Shown piece after piece: positions 1-13,770 of a DNA stretch of 44,440 nucleotides. Below the pieces are notes generated by a model. The model was not told the origin of the DNA, did no database searches, and was given only the letters and a program-made list of their open reading frames with translations. This DNA is from Octopus bimaculoides (lineage: Eukaryota), in contig NC_068988.1 of the NCBI RefSeq assembly GCF_001194135.2, positions 18,636,787 to 18,681,226 of the forward strand. Reading direction: 5' to 3'. Each line of letters begins with the position of its first letter. Position 1 is the stretch's first letter. The position numbers and the translations under genes were made by a program.

Positions 1-28
1 ATATATATATATATATATATATACAATT

Positions 29-197
29 ATTATTGGTGAAGGCCAGTTTATAGGGTTATAGGGTAGGTACCTTTATGGCGTATCTTTAGACCCTAAAAAC
101 TGTTGGTCTATGGCCTCTAGGTCTTAGGGTCTGAAGATATGCCATGAAGGTACCCTTTATGACAAGAAACCTCTATAAACCAGCCTTCACCAGTAAT
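29..197. repeat. Fold-back (long imperfect palindrome) element, MITE-like
   Basis: Outer arms ATTATTGGTGAAGGCCAGTTTATAGGGTT / AACCTCTATAAACCAGCCTTCACCAGTAAT. Inner arms GGTACCTTTATGGCGTATCTTTAGACCCTAA / TTAGGGTCTGAAGATATGCCATGAAGGTACC. Confidence 0.8.
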
Positions 198-261
198 TAA
201 TATAGACATCTCGGCTTCTTAAAGTGTGGTTCTTCACCAGATCTATGTTTTTCTAAAAAAA

Positions 262-444
262 CATCATCATCATCGTTTAATGTCCGCTTTCCATGCTAGC
301 ATGGGTTGGACTATTTGACTGAGGACTGGTGAACCAGATAGCTGCACCAAGCTCCAACCTGATGTGGCAGAGTTTCTACAGCTGGATGCCCTTCCTAATG
401 CTAACCACTCCGAAAGTGAAGTGGGTGCTTTTGTGCCACCAGCA
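262..444 (-). mobile_element. SINE family C ((CAT)n-ended) copy
   Basis: catcatcatcgtttaa..ccgctttccatgctagcatgggttgg..gatgcccttcctaatg shared with 2277 and 27047. Confidence 0.8.
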
Positions 445-548
445 TATATATATATATATATATATATATGCATGATAGGCTTCTTTCAGTTTCTGTTTCC
501 CAAATCCACTCGCAATGCTATTGTAGAATATTATTATTATTATTATTA

Positions 549-583
<35 letters not shown>

Positions 584-892
584 GTTATCATTCTGTAGAT
601 ATATATGTAAGTGTATTGTTAATCTATCATTGCTATCATTTTAAGATTATGAAGTATCAGTTACTCAGCATTTTATTCATGCAGTTATCTCCCCTCTGCA
701 TCTAATACGATACACACCATGACATTTGCAGCTATCATTCACAAAAATTACTAACCGTTCTCCTGATGTCTTTTTTGCTCCATTATATAATTCCAGCTCT
801 GTGCTTCATCATCAAGGCAGTCCACATATTTGAAATAATTTTATATCTTCTATTCCATTTTGCCTTTTGAAACCAATTTGGATCTTCAAGAC

Positions 893-1181
893 CAGTGGTT
901 CCAAAAGTGATCAGTACTGCCCCCAGGGGGGGGGGGGGGCAATGGAAAGCTCTAGTGGGGTGCTGAAGAAGAGTGGGGTGATAATGGGTTGGCCAAAAAT
1001 GGGGCAATGGATGTAAAAACAAACAAATAACGGGTTAATTAGGTTAAGTTTTATTTGTGAAATACGGATGTTTAGAATTTGCTGCAGAAAGTTGTCTTAG
1101 TTTGCAGTGGTGAGTGAAGAGTGGGAGTGCTAGGAATGTGACCCAAGGGGTCAGCACCCCCAAAACGTTTGAGAACCACTG
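893..1181. mobile_element. Non-autonomous hAT (Charlie-like) MITE
   Basis: Termini CAGTGGTTCCAAAA ... TTTGAGAACCACTG are inverted repeats of the hAT-Charlie type. The 8-bp flanks ttcaagac/ttgtggac match only 5/8. Confidence 0.65.
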
Positions 1182-1426
1182 TTGTGGACCATACTTTTTC
1201 TAATACCCTTTACATTTAATTTTCTTTCATTTTATCTGTATTCGATATGTCTAAATATGTATATCCATTGTTTCCTATGGTTTTCATCACTTGCCTGTCT
1301 AATATTGCTGTTTTATGAGATGGCACAACATTTCCCCTTAATAAATGCAGTATTCCATACCTCTTGATTCTGAAATCCATCCCTATACCCTTGTTGAATA
1401 TATGATCAGTGTTTACTATTGCATCA

Positions 1427-1814
1427 TGGAGGCGCAATGGCCCAGTGGTTAGGGCAGCGGACTCGTGGTCATAGGATTGCGGTTTCGATTCCCGGACCGG
1501 GCGTTGTGAGTGTTTATTGAGCAAAAGCTCCACGAGGCTCCGGCAGGAGATGGTGGCGAACCCTGCTGTACTCTTCCACCACAACTTTCTCTCACTCTTA
1601 CTTCCTGTTTCTGTTGTGCCTGTAATTCAAAGGAGCCAGCCTTGTCACACTGTGTCACGCTGAATATCCCCGAGAACTACGTTAAGGGTACATGTATCTG
1701 TGGAGTGCTCAGCCACTTGCACATTAATTTCATGAGCATGCTGTTCCGTTGATCGGATCAACTGGAACCCTCGACCTCGCAAGCGATGGAGTGCCGTCAA
1801 CAACAACAACAACA
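1427..1814 (+). mobile_element. tRNA-derived SINE family A, full length with TSD
   Basis: tRNA-like head (A box TGGCCCAGTGG, B box GGTTTCGATTCC), (CAA)n tail, and 12-bp TSD ACTATTGCATCA at 1415-1426 and 1815-1826. Homologous to 20288, 36947 and 43505. Confidence 0.92.
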
Positions 1815-2276
1815 ACTATTGCATCAATTTAATCTGTGCTACTTCCAAACATATTAAAAATCATTTATGAATAATAACAGATGTATAATTCTGGAATGCT
1901 TCTCCCTAAATCATACCCAATACTCTTGCCTCTTAAAATCAACACTAAACCATTAAGCACAAACAACAATGGGGATAAACTGTGTCCTTGGTAGATTCCT
2001 CTAACTTTTTTTACCCTCCTCTTGATGACATAAGTTCACACTTCCAGTTTTTTCATACCACATCCACTAAAATCTGTGACATTGTTACTTAAAATAACTT
2101 CATGCCTTCTATTTTTATCCAGAAATGGAATCCAAGTTGTATGTTTTATTGTAATCTGTCCTGGCCATTATCAAAGTTAATTTTTGCTCCCTCTGCTCTT
2201 CTTACAATAACCATTTTGGTTTCTCTCTCTGGCTGTTGCTTTTCTGCTTAAAGAAATGATTGCGTATTGTCTGCAA

Positions 2277-2716
2277 TCATCATCATCATCATCATCGTTT
2301 AACGTCTGCTTTCCATGCTAGCATGGGTTGGACGATTTGACTGAGGACTAGTGAACCAGATAGCTACACCAGGCTCCAATCTGATTTGGCAGAGTTTCTA
2401 CAGCTTGATGCCCTTCCTAATGCCAACCACTCTGGGAGTGTAGTGGGTGCATTTACGTGCCACTGGCACGTAGGCCAGTCAGGCGGTACTGGCAACGGCC
2501 ACGCTCAAAATGGTGTATTTTACATGCCACTTGCACAGGATCCAGTCCATCGGCACTGGCAACGATCTCACTCGAATGTCTTTACACGTGCCAGGAAGGC
2601 ACGGGAACAGATGCCATCAGGTTTTCACTTTTGCTTGCCTCAATTGGTCTTCACAAGCCAAGTTTCATGTCCCACCTAGGAGCCAGTCCAGTGGCACTGG
2701 CAACGATCTCACTCAC
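2277..2716 (-). mobile_element. SINE family C copy with internal tandem subrepeats
   Basis: Same (CAT)n end as 262, with repeated ggc(a)ctggcaacg(a/g) units at about 2486, 2552 and 2693. Confidence 0.8.
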
Positions 2717-3940
2717 CGTTTCCACATAAAGAGAATCCATGATATTAGGTGAAAATTCAGAGCAATTTCCATTTGATGAGTCTTTTAACATTGAAATATT
2801 TCTTCCACATGTCTTATATGCTAGCAACCTATCCCCACTGCTTATCATTTTATTCAGCTCTATGGATATTCTCTCTTATATAATAGTTTCTCAAACTAAT
2901 ATCCTCGGTTGCTATCAAGGGTTAGAGTTTTCCCAATTGGGAAATTTTTCTATGCCACTTATTTGGCATTACTCTTGTAGCAGTCATATTTTCCTGATTT
3001 TTACTCGAAAAGTATTTACCAATCAGCTTCAGTATTATGTATGTTTTCTACTCAATATCCTTTCATTCTGCTCATTTTTGTTTGATCTCTCTCCTCTTCA
3101 TTAAGATCTGAGTACCTACCACCCTGATAGCTTTGCAAACTGACAATTACCCATATGTGAATCATCTCAGTAAAGACATAGCATCTACAGTTACAGTGAA
3201 AACAGCCTCCTTATGCACCTTCGTTTTGGGTTTCACTTTATGAATCATCTCTGCGAGGATACAGTGTTTTGTTAATTATTACAGATACAGCCATGGCAAA
3301 GAGAACCGATTTATGAGCCCTTGCTATTATAAATCTCTGTTGATCAGGATTTTATTACAATTGTCTTGAGTTTCAATTTCTAAAATCACGTCTGCAGAAA
3401 CATAGCTTCCACAGCTACATCTAAGGCAAGTCATTTAGGAGCCATGGTTACCCCGAATCTCATTTGACCAAGATTTTATTGCAACCATGCTTTTTTTCAT
3501 TCATTCTCAGTTTAATTTTCTTTTCTTTTTTTTTTTCTATCATATCTGAATCCCCAGACACATTTCAACCAGCAGCTCTTCAGTTTCTTCCAATTAAGTT
3601 GTGTACCCTGCGTGTCATGTATCTGCAATAATTAACCACTAACAAAGCACTGTAAAGTTTTCTCTCGGTTTCTACAGCCGCAGTAAAGACACTGTTCTAG
3701 GAGGACTGGTCTTTCTGAAACGCTTATCATTAATACAGAGCAGGTTGGGGGCTGTAAGCCCAGTAGACAATCTCTCTTGTGCTGGCCAAAAAGCATTCCA
3801 GCCATGACCATCCTATTTTCTTTCTTCAGACATTGTCAAAGGTATCCTTTCTTTAAGATGTAATTTGAAGGAAATTTGGCTGCTATTTCTAGCTGGTCAA
3901 ATGACTATATAAAAATACAGCATCTACTCCAATGATGTTT

Positions 3941-5075
3941 CCTATACTATAGGTCACTTTCATTGTATTCATTCTGTGGCAAGCATTTAGATCCTATACT
4001 ATAGGTCATCTCTATTGTATTCATTCTGTGGCAAGCATTTAGATCCTATACTATAGGTCACCTCTATTGTATTCATTCTGTGGCAAGCATTTAGATCCTA
4101 TACTATAGGTCATCTCTATTGTATTCATTCTGTGGCAAGTATTTCGATCCTATACTATAGGTCACCTCTATTGTATTCATTCTGTGGCAAGCATTTAGAT
4201 CCTATACTATAANNNNNNNNNNNNNNNNNNNNNNNNNNNNNNNNNNNNNNNNNNNNNNNNNNNNNNNNNNNNNNNNNNNNNNNNNNNNNNNNNNNNNNNN
4301 NNNNNNNNNNNNNNNNNNNNNNNNNNNNNNNNNNNNNNNNNNNNNNNNNNNNNNNNNNNNNNNNNNNNNNNNNNNNNNNNNNNNNNNNNNNNNNNNNNNN
4401 NNNNNNNNNNNNNNNNNNNNNNNNNNNNNNNNNNNNNNNNNNNNNNNNNNNNNNNNNNNNNNNNNNNNNNNNNNNNNNNNNNNNNNNNNNNNNNNNNNNN
4501 NNNNNNNNNNNNNNNNNNNNNNNNNNNNNNNNNNNNNNNNNNNNNNNNNNNNNNNNNNNNNNNNNNNNNNNNNNNNNNNNNNNNNNNNNNNNNNNNNNNN
4601 NNNNNNNNNNNNNNNNNNNNNNNNNNNNNNNNNNNNNNNNNNNNNNNNNNNNNNNNNNNNNNNNNNNNNNNNNNNNNNNNNNNNNNNNNNNNNNNNNNNN
4701 NNNNNNNGATCCTATACTATAGGTCACCTCTATTGTATTCATTCTGTGGCAAGCATTTAGATCCTATACTATAGGTCATCTCTATTGTATTCATTCTGTG
4801 GCAAGCATTTCGATCCTATACTATAGGTCATCTCTATTGTATTCATTCTGTGGCAAGCATTTAGATCCTATACTATAGGTCGCTTTCATTGTATTCATTC
4901 TGTGGCAAGCATTTTGATCCTATACTATAGGTCGCTTTCATTGTATTCATTCTGTGGCAAGCATTTTGATCCTATACTATAGGTCACCTCTATTGTATTC
5001 ATTCTGTGGCAAGCATTTAGATCCTATACTATAAGTTGCTTTCATTGTATTCATTCTGTGGCAAGCATTTAGATC
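3941..5075. repeat. 52-bp tandem satellite/minisatellite array (interrupted by gap 4213-4707)
   Basis: Unit GATCCTATACTATAGGTCATCTCTATTGTATTCATTCTGTGGCAAGCATTTA recurs at 3990, 4042, 4094 and 4146, and again after the gap. Confidence 0.97.
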
Positions 5076-5759
5076 AGGCTCCTGAGCAGGAAATATCTTG
5101 ATTTCTTCATGTACCTACAACTTAGATATGTCTTGACCAAAGGTTGGCCCAGGCCATGTCTAACTTAATAGCATCATCTGATACATAAGTCACATTGCTT
5201 GTCAAGAAAATATGTGGAAAAAAATTAGTATCAGAAAACCAACTGAACTTCACTTATCATCCCTATTAAACACACCTCTCTAAGGTACAAATATCTCACT
5301 CTTTATGTTATAACCAATTTGTGTTATCCCTGCTATGCTCTTTTTCAATCTGCAGGTAGAATCCATTCCTAGTAAGTGTGCTACATACATAATTTTGTGC
5401 CACATAATATACACTGTTGTGTCACTTATATTGTGCCTCATATATATCCACAATACTGTTGTTGTTTAACCCCAACTCACTAAGAAAGCTGCTCGTTCTA
5501 TATGTATATTCTTCAATTAGCTATCTCACCAGAGACAGCTACCCACACATATATATTTTCTGTAGTGAGTTACCTTACCAGAGATAGCTACCAACATAGT
5601 TGGTGTTACATAACTGGCACTTGTACCACTGATTTGGCAGAGTTTCTACTCAACTGCCAAATGTATTAATATATGCTTTTCTACTGTCAACTCCAAGGAG
5701 TCTCTTCTCCAGGAACTTAACCTATTAGTATTCATGTTTCTTTGTCAAATGTACATATT

Positions 5760-6081
5760 GCACTCTGTTGGTTACGACGATGAAGGTTCCAGTTGATCCA
5801 ATCAATGGAACAGCCTGCTCATGAAATTAACATGCGTGTGGCTGAGCACTCCACAGACATGTGTACTCTTAATATAGTTCTCGGGGAGATTCAGCATGAC
5901 ACAGAGTGTGACAAGGCTGGCCCTTTGAAATCCAGGTACTCCTGGTTTTTGCCAGCTGAGTGGACTGGAGCAACATGAAATAAAGTGTCTTACTCAAGGA
6001 CACAACGCATCACCAGGAATTGAACTCACGACCTTACGATTATAAGCCAAACACCCTAACCACTAACTCACGCACCTTCAC
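5760..6081 (-). mobile_element. SINE (family A tail, different tRNA-like head, CORE-like middle)
   Basis: 5780-5935 matches the reverse complement of the family A tail. 5935-6081 contains aagtgtcttactcaaggacacaac (similar to the CORE-SINE domain) and a tRNA-like head. Confidence 0.75.
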
Positions 6082-6388
6082 ATTGTCAAACATATCGCTT
6101 ATTTATCCCAATTGTCTTGAATTAATCATGCATTATCTTGTAGCTTCAAGATGTCAATTATGTACTTGTATATTTTAAGAACGACATTGTAGGTTAGATC
6201 TGATCATTTTTAACATAAAAAACGGCCAGAATATTTAGGCTGGATATGGCTGGATTAGGTGCTAAAAAGTTAGACAATTTTCGAACACATCCATGAATGC
6301 TCTTTTCTGTAGCCACTTACTCTTCCCCAGGTGGCACACTCTACCTGGTAACCTTGTTTCTCCTTCTATTTCTCCATATCTCACTCAC

Positions 6389-6552
6389 TTAATCCTTTAG
6401 CATTCAGATTTGAATTAATCTTGTATTAATTATCTTGAATTAATTATCTTGTAGCTTTGAGATTTCAATGATGTGTTTGTATATTTTTAGAATGACATTG
6501 TAGGGTGAGTGTGAGAGGCCATATCTGACCAGTTTGAATGCTAAAGGGTTAA
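6389..6552. mobile_element. piggyBac-like MITE (TTAA-flanked), internally deleted copy
   Basis: TTAAtcctttagcattc ... gaatgctaaagggTTAA. Body homologous to the 19247-20687 copies. A further partial copy lies at about 6084-6272. Confidence 0.75.
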
Positions 6553-6555
6553 TAT

Positions 6556-6786
6556 TATCTTTCACTTGTTTCAGTCACTTGAGTGCAGCCCATGCTAGAG
6601 CACTGCTTTGAAGGGTTTTAGTCAAACAAATTAACCCCAGGACTTATCTTTAAGCCTAGTACTTATTCTATCAGTCTCTTTTGCCAAACTGCTAAGTTAT
6701 AGGGATGTAAACACACCAACATCTGTTGTCAAGTGGTGGTGGTGGACAAATGCAGACACAAAGATACACACATAGATATATACATA

Positions 6787-6824
<38 letters not shown>

Positions 6825-6969
6825 ATGGGCACCTTTCAGTTTTCATCTACCAAATCCATTTACAAGCTTTTAGTTGGCTTGAGGCTATAGTAGGAGACAC
6901 TTGCTCAAGGTGCCATACTGTGGGACTGAACTCTGAACTATGGGGTTTGGAAGTAAGCTTCTTACCACT
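6556..6969 (-). mobile_element. SINE family B copy
   Basis: Homologous to 13512, 24886 and 40623, with an internal (TA)n/(TG)n tract. Confidence 0.85.
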
Positions 6970-7491
6970 GTTAATTATCCTGATCATTAAGAATCATTAC
7001 CAGTCATCTCCATTTTCCTATTCCTGCTTTTCATCTGAAACTCACTGCTCATATTGCAAGTTGACCCTTTTCTTGAAATCATCTCCCATTTTCTTTGCGA
7101 ATCACAAATAATTATTGATAGACCGTTTTTTTAAAATTTTCTTCCATCTATTAATCTCACCAACTGAATGCCTGCAACAAGTATAGGCATTCAGTACATC
7201 ACCTTAAAAATTGTTTGTACAAACAAACACACCCAATTAGCAACAAGATCTTTGAAATAAATGAAAACAAACGCATCAGGTACAGGTATTTTACAATTTT
7301 GTAATTTCTGGAAAAGTGAACCAAACATCTCACTTCTTTTGAAAACAGAAGCTGGATTTCAGAGACATGCAATGATTGGGTGGGAAGGTGTTAAAACAGA
7401 AACTGGGGTATGTTAGGGTGTGTATGTGTATATACTTTTATTAATGTTTGAGTGTGTGTACATGCATATATGGCTGTAAGTGAGCATAATA

Positions 7492-7529
<38 letters not shown>

Positions 7530-9315
7530 NNNNNNNNNNTATATATATGTGTGTGTGTGTGTGTTCTCACATGTCTGTTTTTATGATCCAGTATACTTAT
7601 ATATATATATGTTTTCCTACATGTCTTCAAGTATGTATGCAAGTAGTTATATATAAATACATGTATTTGTATACATATCAGCAATGCATTAAACAGTGTA
7701 TAACATAATATGTAAACTAATATGAAATAATACGGTCTATACCTATGCATGTGTGCTTAGGTACATATGAATATATTAATATTTATGGCTGTATAAATAT
7801 ATGTACATCAACACCCACATGCATGTGTGCGTGTATGTATGTATTTGTGTATGTAAGTGTGTGTGATTGAATCTAAGTACTATAAATTTTTATTTTTTTC
7901 CCTAACTTCTCTTTCTCTCTCTCTCTTTCTCTACTCGTTCACCTTTTGCATTGACTCTTCATAATAGTAGTCCACCTCTTATCCATGTGTATGTGCATAA
8001 GTGTGTATATTTATGGGTGTGTTACTGCACTAACACTTTTAATCTTGAAATCCCATATCATCTCTTTGCATGTTATAGTTTCTATAATAGTGAGAACAGT
8101 AGCTGGTTGGCTGAGTTTATGTGTTATTCAACCTGACGATGTAGTAATCCCACTGATTGCTTTCCTGTTGGTAACCTTGTACTCTCATAAACTACCAAGA
8201 CACATAATTCTCAACTGGTTCAATCTACTTTTAGCTTTATAAGCACCATTATGATGGTAAATACAAGTCACTATTAGAACTGGAGCCACTGTGTAACTGA
8301 TGTTTTGTTTTGTCAATATGTATGAGAACAGCTAGGTGAAGGGTGGACTGTACATTAGATGGTTAAGTTTATGTCAGCATAATTAAATCAATGAGCATTA
8401 CAATCTAATTAGAAATACTTATGCAATGAGGAAAAGAAAAACCCACTGTATCTTAATCACTAATATTCTAATAATTTTCGGCAAGTCGGCCTTATTAGAC
8501 CTCATCAATGGAACAAGATTAAACTTCACCTTACTTGTCGCCATAGCAATGAGAGGCTGACTAAGTAGATGTACAACACTGTAAGAGGTAGACATAGAAA
8601 ATTAGCATATTTGAAATAAATAAACCATTAAGATGCCGATGAAAATCTGTTGTAGCAACAAAAAAAAAAAAAAAATCGAGAAAAAGTCTATAAATCATCT
8701 TAACCCTACACCCTGAATGTTTTCTATTTATCATCNNNNNNNNNNATTATTATTATTATTATTGTTGCTGTTGTTGATAATCATAATAATGAATACACGT
8801 GACTTGTTTTTTTAATTGGAATTCAGCTGTTGTTTCCATTTTGTTGTTGTTGTTGTTGTTGGTGGTGGTGGTGTTGTCAGTTTGTGTGATTCTGTTATTG
8901 GTTTTAGTGTAAATATTATCATTGCTTTTCCTATGATATAACAGTGAGAGAGAGAGAGAAAGATAGAAGGAGAGAGAGAGAGCAAAAAGGAACAAAAGGG
9001 AGAGCAAGAAAGAGAAAGGGAGGGTTGTGGTGAAGGGATGAAGGTTGGGAAAGGAAAGAAAGAAAAAAAGAAAACAAAACAAAAACAAAAACAAAAACAT
9101 AAACAACAAAAAAACAACGTCGCTGTCATTGAAAGAATAGAGAGTCTGAAGAATTTTCAGGCGAAGTTTTGAAGACAGAAATATAAATATTGTTTTGACA
9201 ATTTTTGAAAAATAACAGATTATTTCAGAAAAATAACAGAATATTTTTTTGAAAAAGAAAAACAAAAAAACTGTTGTCATCTCCATCTTCCTTCTCCTCT
9301 TCTTAATTAGCATTG

Positions 9316-9346
<31 letters not shown>

Positions 9347-9348
9347 TG

Positions 9349-9379
<31 letters not shown>

Positions 9380-10613
9380 ACTTCCATGTTTGTTTTTGTT
9401 GTTTTCATAATCGTTTCTGCATGAAGCATCCACGTGTTTTTTTAAAATTTTTTTGTTTGTTATTTTTAATTTGTCCCCTTCATCCATAACCCTTGTGGCA
9501 NNNNNNNNNNNNNNNNNNNNNNNNNNNNNNNNNNNNNNNNNNNNNNNNNNNNNNNNNNNNNNNNNNNNNNNNNNNNNNNNNNNNNNNNNNNNNNNNNNNN
9601 NNNNNNNNNNNNNNNNNNNNNNNNNNNNNNNNNNNNNNNNNNNNNNNNNNNNNNNNNNNNNNNNNNNNNNNNNNNNNNNNNNNNNNNNNNNNNNNNNNNN
9701 NNNNNNNNNNNNNNNNNNNNNNNNNNNNNNNNNNNNNNNNNNNNNNNNNNNNNNNNNNNNNNNNNNNNNNNNNNNNNNNNNNNNNNNNNNNNNNNNNNNN
9801 NNNNNNNNNNNNNNNNNNNNNNNNNNNNNNNNNNNNNNNNNNNNNNNNNNNNNNNNNNNNNNNNNNNNNNNNNNNNNNNNNNNNNNNNNNNNNNNNNNNN
9901 NNNNNNNNNNNNNNNNNNNNNNNNNNNNNNNNNNNNNNNNNNNNNNNNNNNNNNNNNNNNNNNNNNNNNNNNNNNNNNNNNNNNNNNNNNNNNNNNNNNN
10001 NNNNNNNNNNNNNNNNNNNNNNNNNNNNNNNNNNNNNNNNNNNNNNNNNNNNNNNNNNTATACATATATATATATCAGCAAAGACTAAATCGGTCACTGC
10101 TAGAGCAATATAAAAAAATGAGTTGATTTTAGGAAGATACAAATTTACATTTGAAGAGTTCTCTGTAACTTCTGTCTGGGATCAGTGTTTCTCATAGAAG
10201 TAGGGCGCTGAGAGGACTGAAAAAGAGGTGGCCATATACCCAAGCTGTTTAATAAAATTAAAATTTTTAACGTTTTAAATTTGTTCAGCGTTGTAACCTG
10301 AAAGAGGAATTACATCTTTTATTTATCTATTTTGTTCAATCTATTTTGTTAAATCTTTTATTTATCTATTTCATTTGGAAAGGCTGGAATTTGTCAGTCT
10401 GAGACCCACTTCTTAAGATGCTATCATTGTAGTTCAGTTAAAGGTTATTTACAATAGATGGTCAGTCATAAGATCATTCAATCTTTTATGAATATTGTCT
10501 ACCTGGATTGATGCTAAAAACTGCATTTAATTTCTTTTGTGAGTAAGTTTTAACTAATTGCTCCTCCATATATTAGTTATACATACTTGTATATCTTATC
10601 CACATCTGAAAGC

Positions 10614-10648
<35 letters not shown>

Positions 10649-12974
10649 ATATATATATATATATATATATNNNNNNNNNNATATATGTACAGGTAGATAG
10701 ATAGATAAATCTAAAGGAAGAGAAAAGTCGTTGAAAAAGAGTTAATTTCAGTATGTTTACCGAAAATATATTTAATACACATGTATTTGTTTCAATGTAT
10801 TCTACAGTGCATTAAAAAAGAATTATATATAGTTCTTTAGATTAAAAACTATGTTATTGAATCAATCCAAAACAAAGCTTAGTTTCTTTGAAACTTAAAT
10901 CTTGTGGAATATATCTGCTGCTACTACTACTACCACTACTTACTTCCTATAATGCAGACACAACCTACATATTGTATTCAAATTATATGTTTGCAATCAC
11001 TCTAAATTTTTAGTATCCCGCAATTCCTCTTTAATGTAAAACTAAATAAAAGAAAATATTTGAAAATAACGAAATTTGTTTGGAACTTTTGTTACATTTT
11101 CCAAAGAATTTTGTGTTTTTATTTTTATTTTTAGAAAACGTCAAATACCAAAAATTTTCCAAAAAACACTTTGGCCCGAAAAAGTTTTGCATAGGTAAAG
11201 AAATACCTAGGTATCTTCTTAGAAATGTATTCTATTATATATATGTTAGCCTATGACGTTTTCTAGCATAATCTAAGCCCCACCCAAAACAAAGAGAATA
11301 ACTTCGAAACAGAATTAATGGTTGAGATGATTGCAGATACCAGAAAAGCTAACATCTGGTGAAAAAAAAAAAGTTTTTATGGAAAAAAATGTAGGTAAGT
11401 TATATATCTTTGCCAGATTTCAACATTCGTATCATAATGTAGAAAGAAAAAAGTTAACGAGATTTTTATTTCTTCCAACACTCAAACAAACTGCAGGAAG
11501 TTACATTACAAGTAAAATTGAAACAGTTCTGTACAATCAGAAACAAATTAATTTAATTAAAAAAAAAAAAATTGAGATATTTATACTGATATTTATTTAT
11601 TTTACTGTAATATTTTGTTAGTATTTGAATAACTGAAGAATAATCAAATTTTAACCAGATAACAAAAAAAAAAAAAAAATGCATAGCTAGTCAGTAACTT
11701 AAATCTATCTATCTATCTGCCTATGTATCGGTTTATCTATCTGTCTGTCTGTCTACCTTTTTAAGAACTGGCTCAAATTTATCGTGTCATCTCAACACTG
11801 AAGTAGATTACTAAAACTATAGTTGTTATGCATCAGCAAGTATGACTTGGTAGCATGTAGCATGCTTTCACTAATTGTTTTAGATGCCTATGGAGTCATG
11901 AGCAGACATAGACACACCCTCATCTCTCCCTCCCGTGACTCAGCAGAACATCAAGGATGTGACTACCGCAAGGAGAGAAGGCTGCACTCACATTCAGCCT
12001 GTACTCATTTTTCAGTTGAACAGACTGGAGCAATGTGAAACGAGGTGCCTTGCTCAAAGAATAAAACACACAACCTCATGATCATTAACTCAATGCACCT
12101 AACCATGAAGCCACTTAGCTCTCATTAAATTACTAGTTTTTAAATTTAATACTTGAATATAAAATTATATCAGCAGAATGAATGACCAACTTTATATCAG
12201 TAGGTTTTGGACCAAAATCTGTGAGGCACCAACCAAATGAAACACTTTAAAGAATTCACTATACCAATTGTAATTTTCTATAATTTTGTCAAAAAATGTT
12301 TTCCAAGCTGTCTAATATATGACTTTGAAGAATTTGAACTCACACTCATTCTGTCATCACTGATATCTGATAGTATGCACCTCTCTTTTTCTCCCTCTCA
12401 CTCTTCCTCCACCTTTTTTCTTCTAATTTTGAAATCTTCCAGAAGTTTCTTTCTATCATAACTATCATACTGGATGGGGTCCTTGCATATACTGCTTAAC
12501 ACGTTTGTAAGGTTGATTGGAACCGGAGAACAATCTTACAAACTAGCAGCAGAAAGTATGCCCATGTTCATGTATTGATATATATATTGAATGATGATCC
12601 TTGGAAATAGTTAATTTTTCGATAAATCTAACAAATGGAGAAATAAATCGAAAAATGAAATCCACAAAAATCAATACCATTCAATATTTATATAAAGAAC
12701 AAACAAAAAAAAAATAATTAGGATTTCATCTAATTTGTATCCCTGAATTTTCAAGGAAACAAATCAGATGTGAAATTGAGAAAAGGGGCTAAGCCAGTGA
12801 TAAAATACCGTAAGTATGGTGCCACTGAGGTATTTTCATTCACCGCCTTTCTCTGTTGTTCCATTGTTATATAACCCATTTTGAAAAACTTATTAACTGC
12901 ACACTTTTCTTTCAATACACAATCATACACATACTTTTGATTTAATCCAAAATTTTATCTTAATAAATTATGCT

Positions 12975-13222
12975 TTTCTACAATAAGCCACAGCCATATT
13001 AATAATGGTTTCAAAATTTGGCACATGGCCAGTAATATTCAGGATAAACGAGTAAGTCTATTACATTGACCCCAGTGTTCAACTGGTACTTATTTTATCG
13101 ACCCCCAAAAGGATGAAAGGTAAAGTCGACCTTGGCGGAATTTGAACACAGAACATAAAGACAGTTGAAATGCTACTAAGCATTTTGCCTGGCTTGCTAA
13201 TGATTCTGCCAACTAACCACCT
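12975..13222 (-). mobile_element. SINE family D copy
   Basis: Shares the block gaccccagtg..aactggtacttattttatcgacccc.aaaggatgaaaggcaaagtcgacc with 21721, 27468 and 35398. Confidence 0.8.
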
Positions 13223-13511
13223 TATTAACAATGATCTGATATGAAATGATGTGAGATATAATCAACTGAATCAGCAAGAGTTTATTTATCTATCTATGCA
13301 GTGTCAAGAGCAAAGCAAGCCCCACTAGATTAGGTTTTGGAACTTAGAGTAAATAAAACTAAATGTTCCAACACAGATAGTCCAATAATTAGTTTCTTAT
13401 AGCATTATAGAATCAATTATTTCTAATTTAGATGTAGAGCTACATATATTTCTATTGACTAAAGAGTTATAAATTCGATGTAATGGATGTTTTAGAAGAA
13501 GACTTGCAGGA

Positions 13512-13739
13512 TTTACTCTTTACTCTCTTTTACTCTTTAACTTGTTTCAGTCATTTGACTGTGGCCATGCTGGAGCACCACCTTTAGTCGAGCAAATCGA
13601 CCCCAGGACTTATACTTTGGAAGCCTAGTACTTATTCTATCGGTCTCTTTTGCTGAACTGCTAAGTTACGGGGACGTAAACACACAAGCATCGGTTGTCA
13701 AGCAATGTTGGGGGGACAAACACAGACACACAAACATAT

Positions 13740-13770
<31 letters not shown>

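Noticed and set aside
1427-1505. tRNA genes at SINE heads (also 20288, 40623, 43832)
   Set aside because: They have A/B boxes but continue into shared SINE bodies with tails and TSDs, so they are tRNA-derived SINE heads.
3941-5075. CRISPR-like array (palindromic repeat with a variable segment)
   Set aside because: Units are contiguous with no unique spacers, the variable part is a few substitutions, the context is eukaryotic, and there are no cas genes.
8759-10142. Long ORFs spanning N runs (also at 4155, 28257-29420, 32557-33509, 36288-37196, 38882-39858)
   Set aside because: They are open only because N gaps and TA/CA microsatellites lack stop codons.
10183-10411. Possible third hAT MITE (CAGTGTTTCTCA ... 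TGAGACCCACT)
   Set aside because: The right terminus is degenerate and there is no convincing 8-bp TSD.
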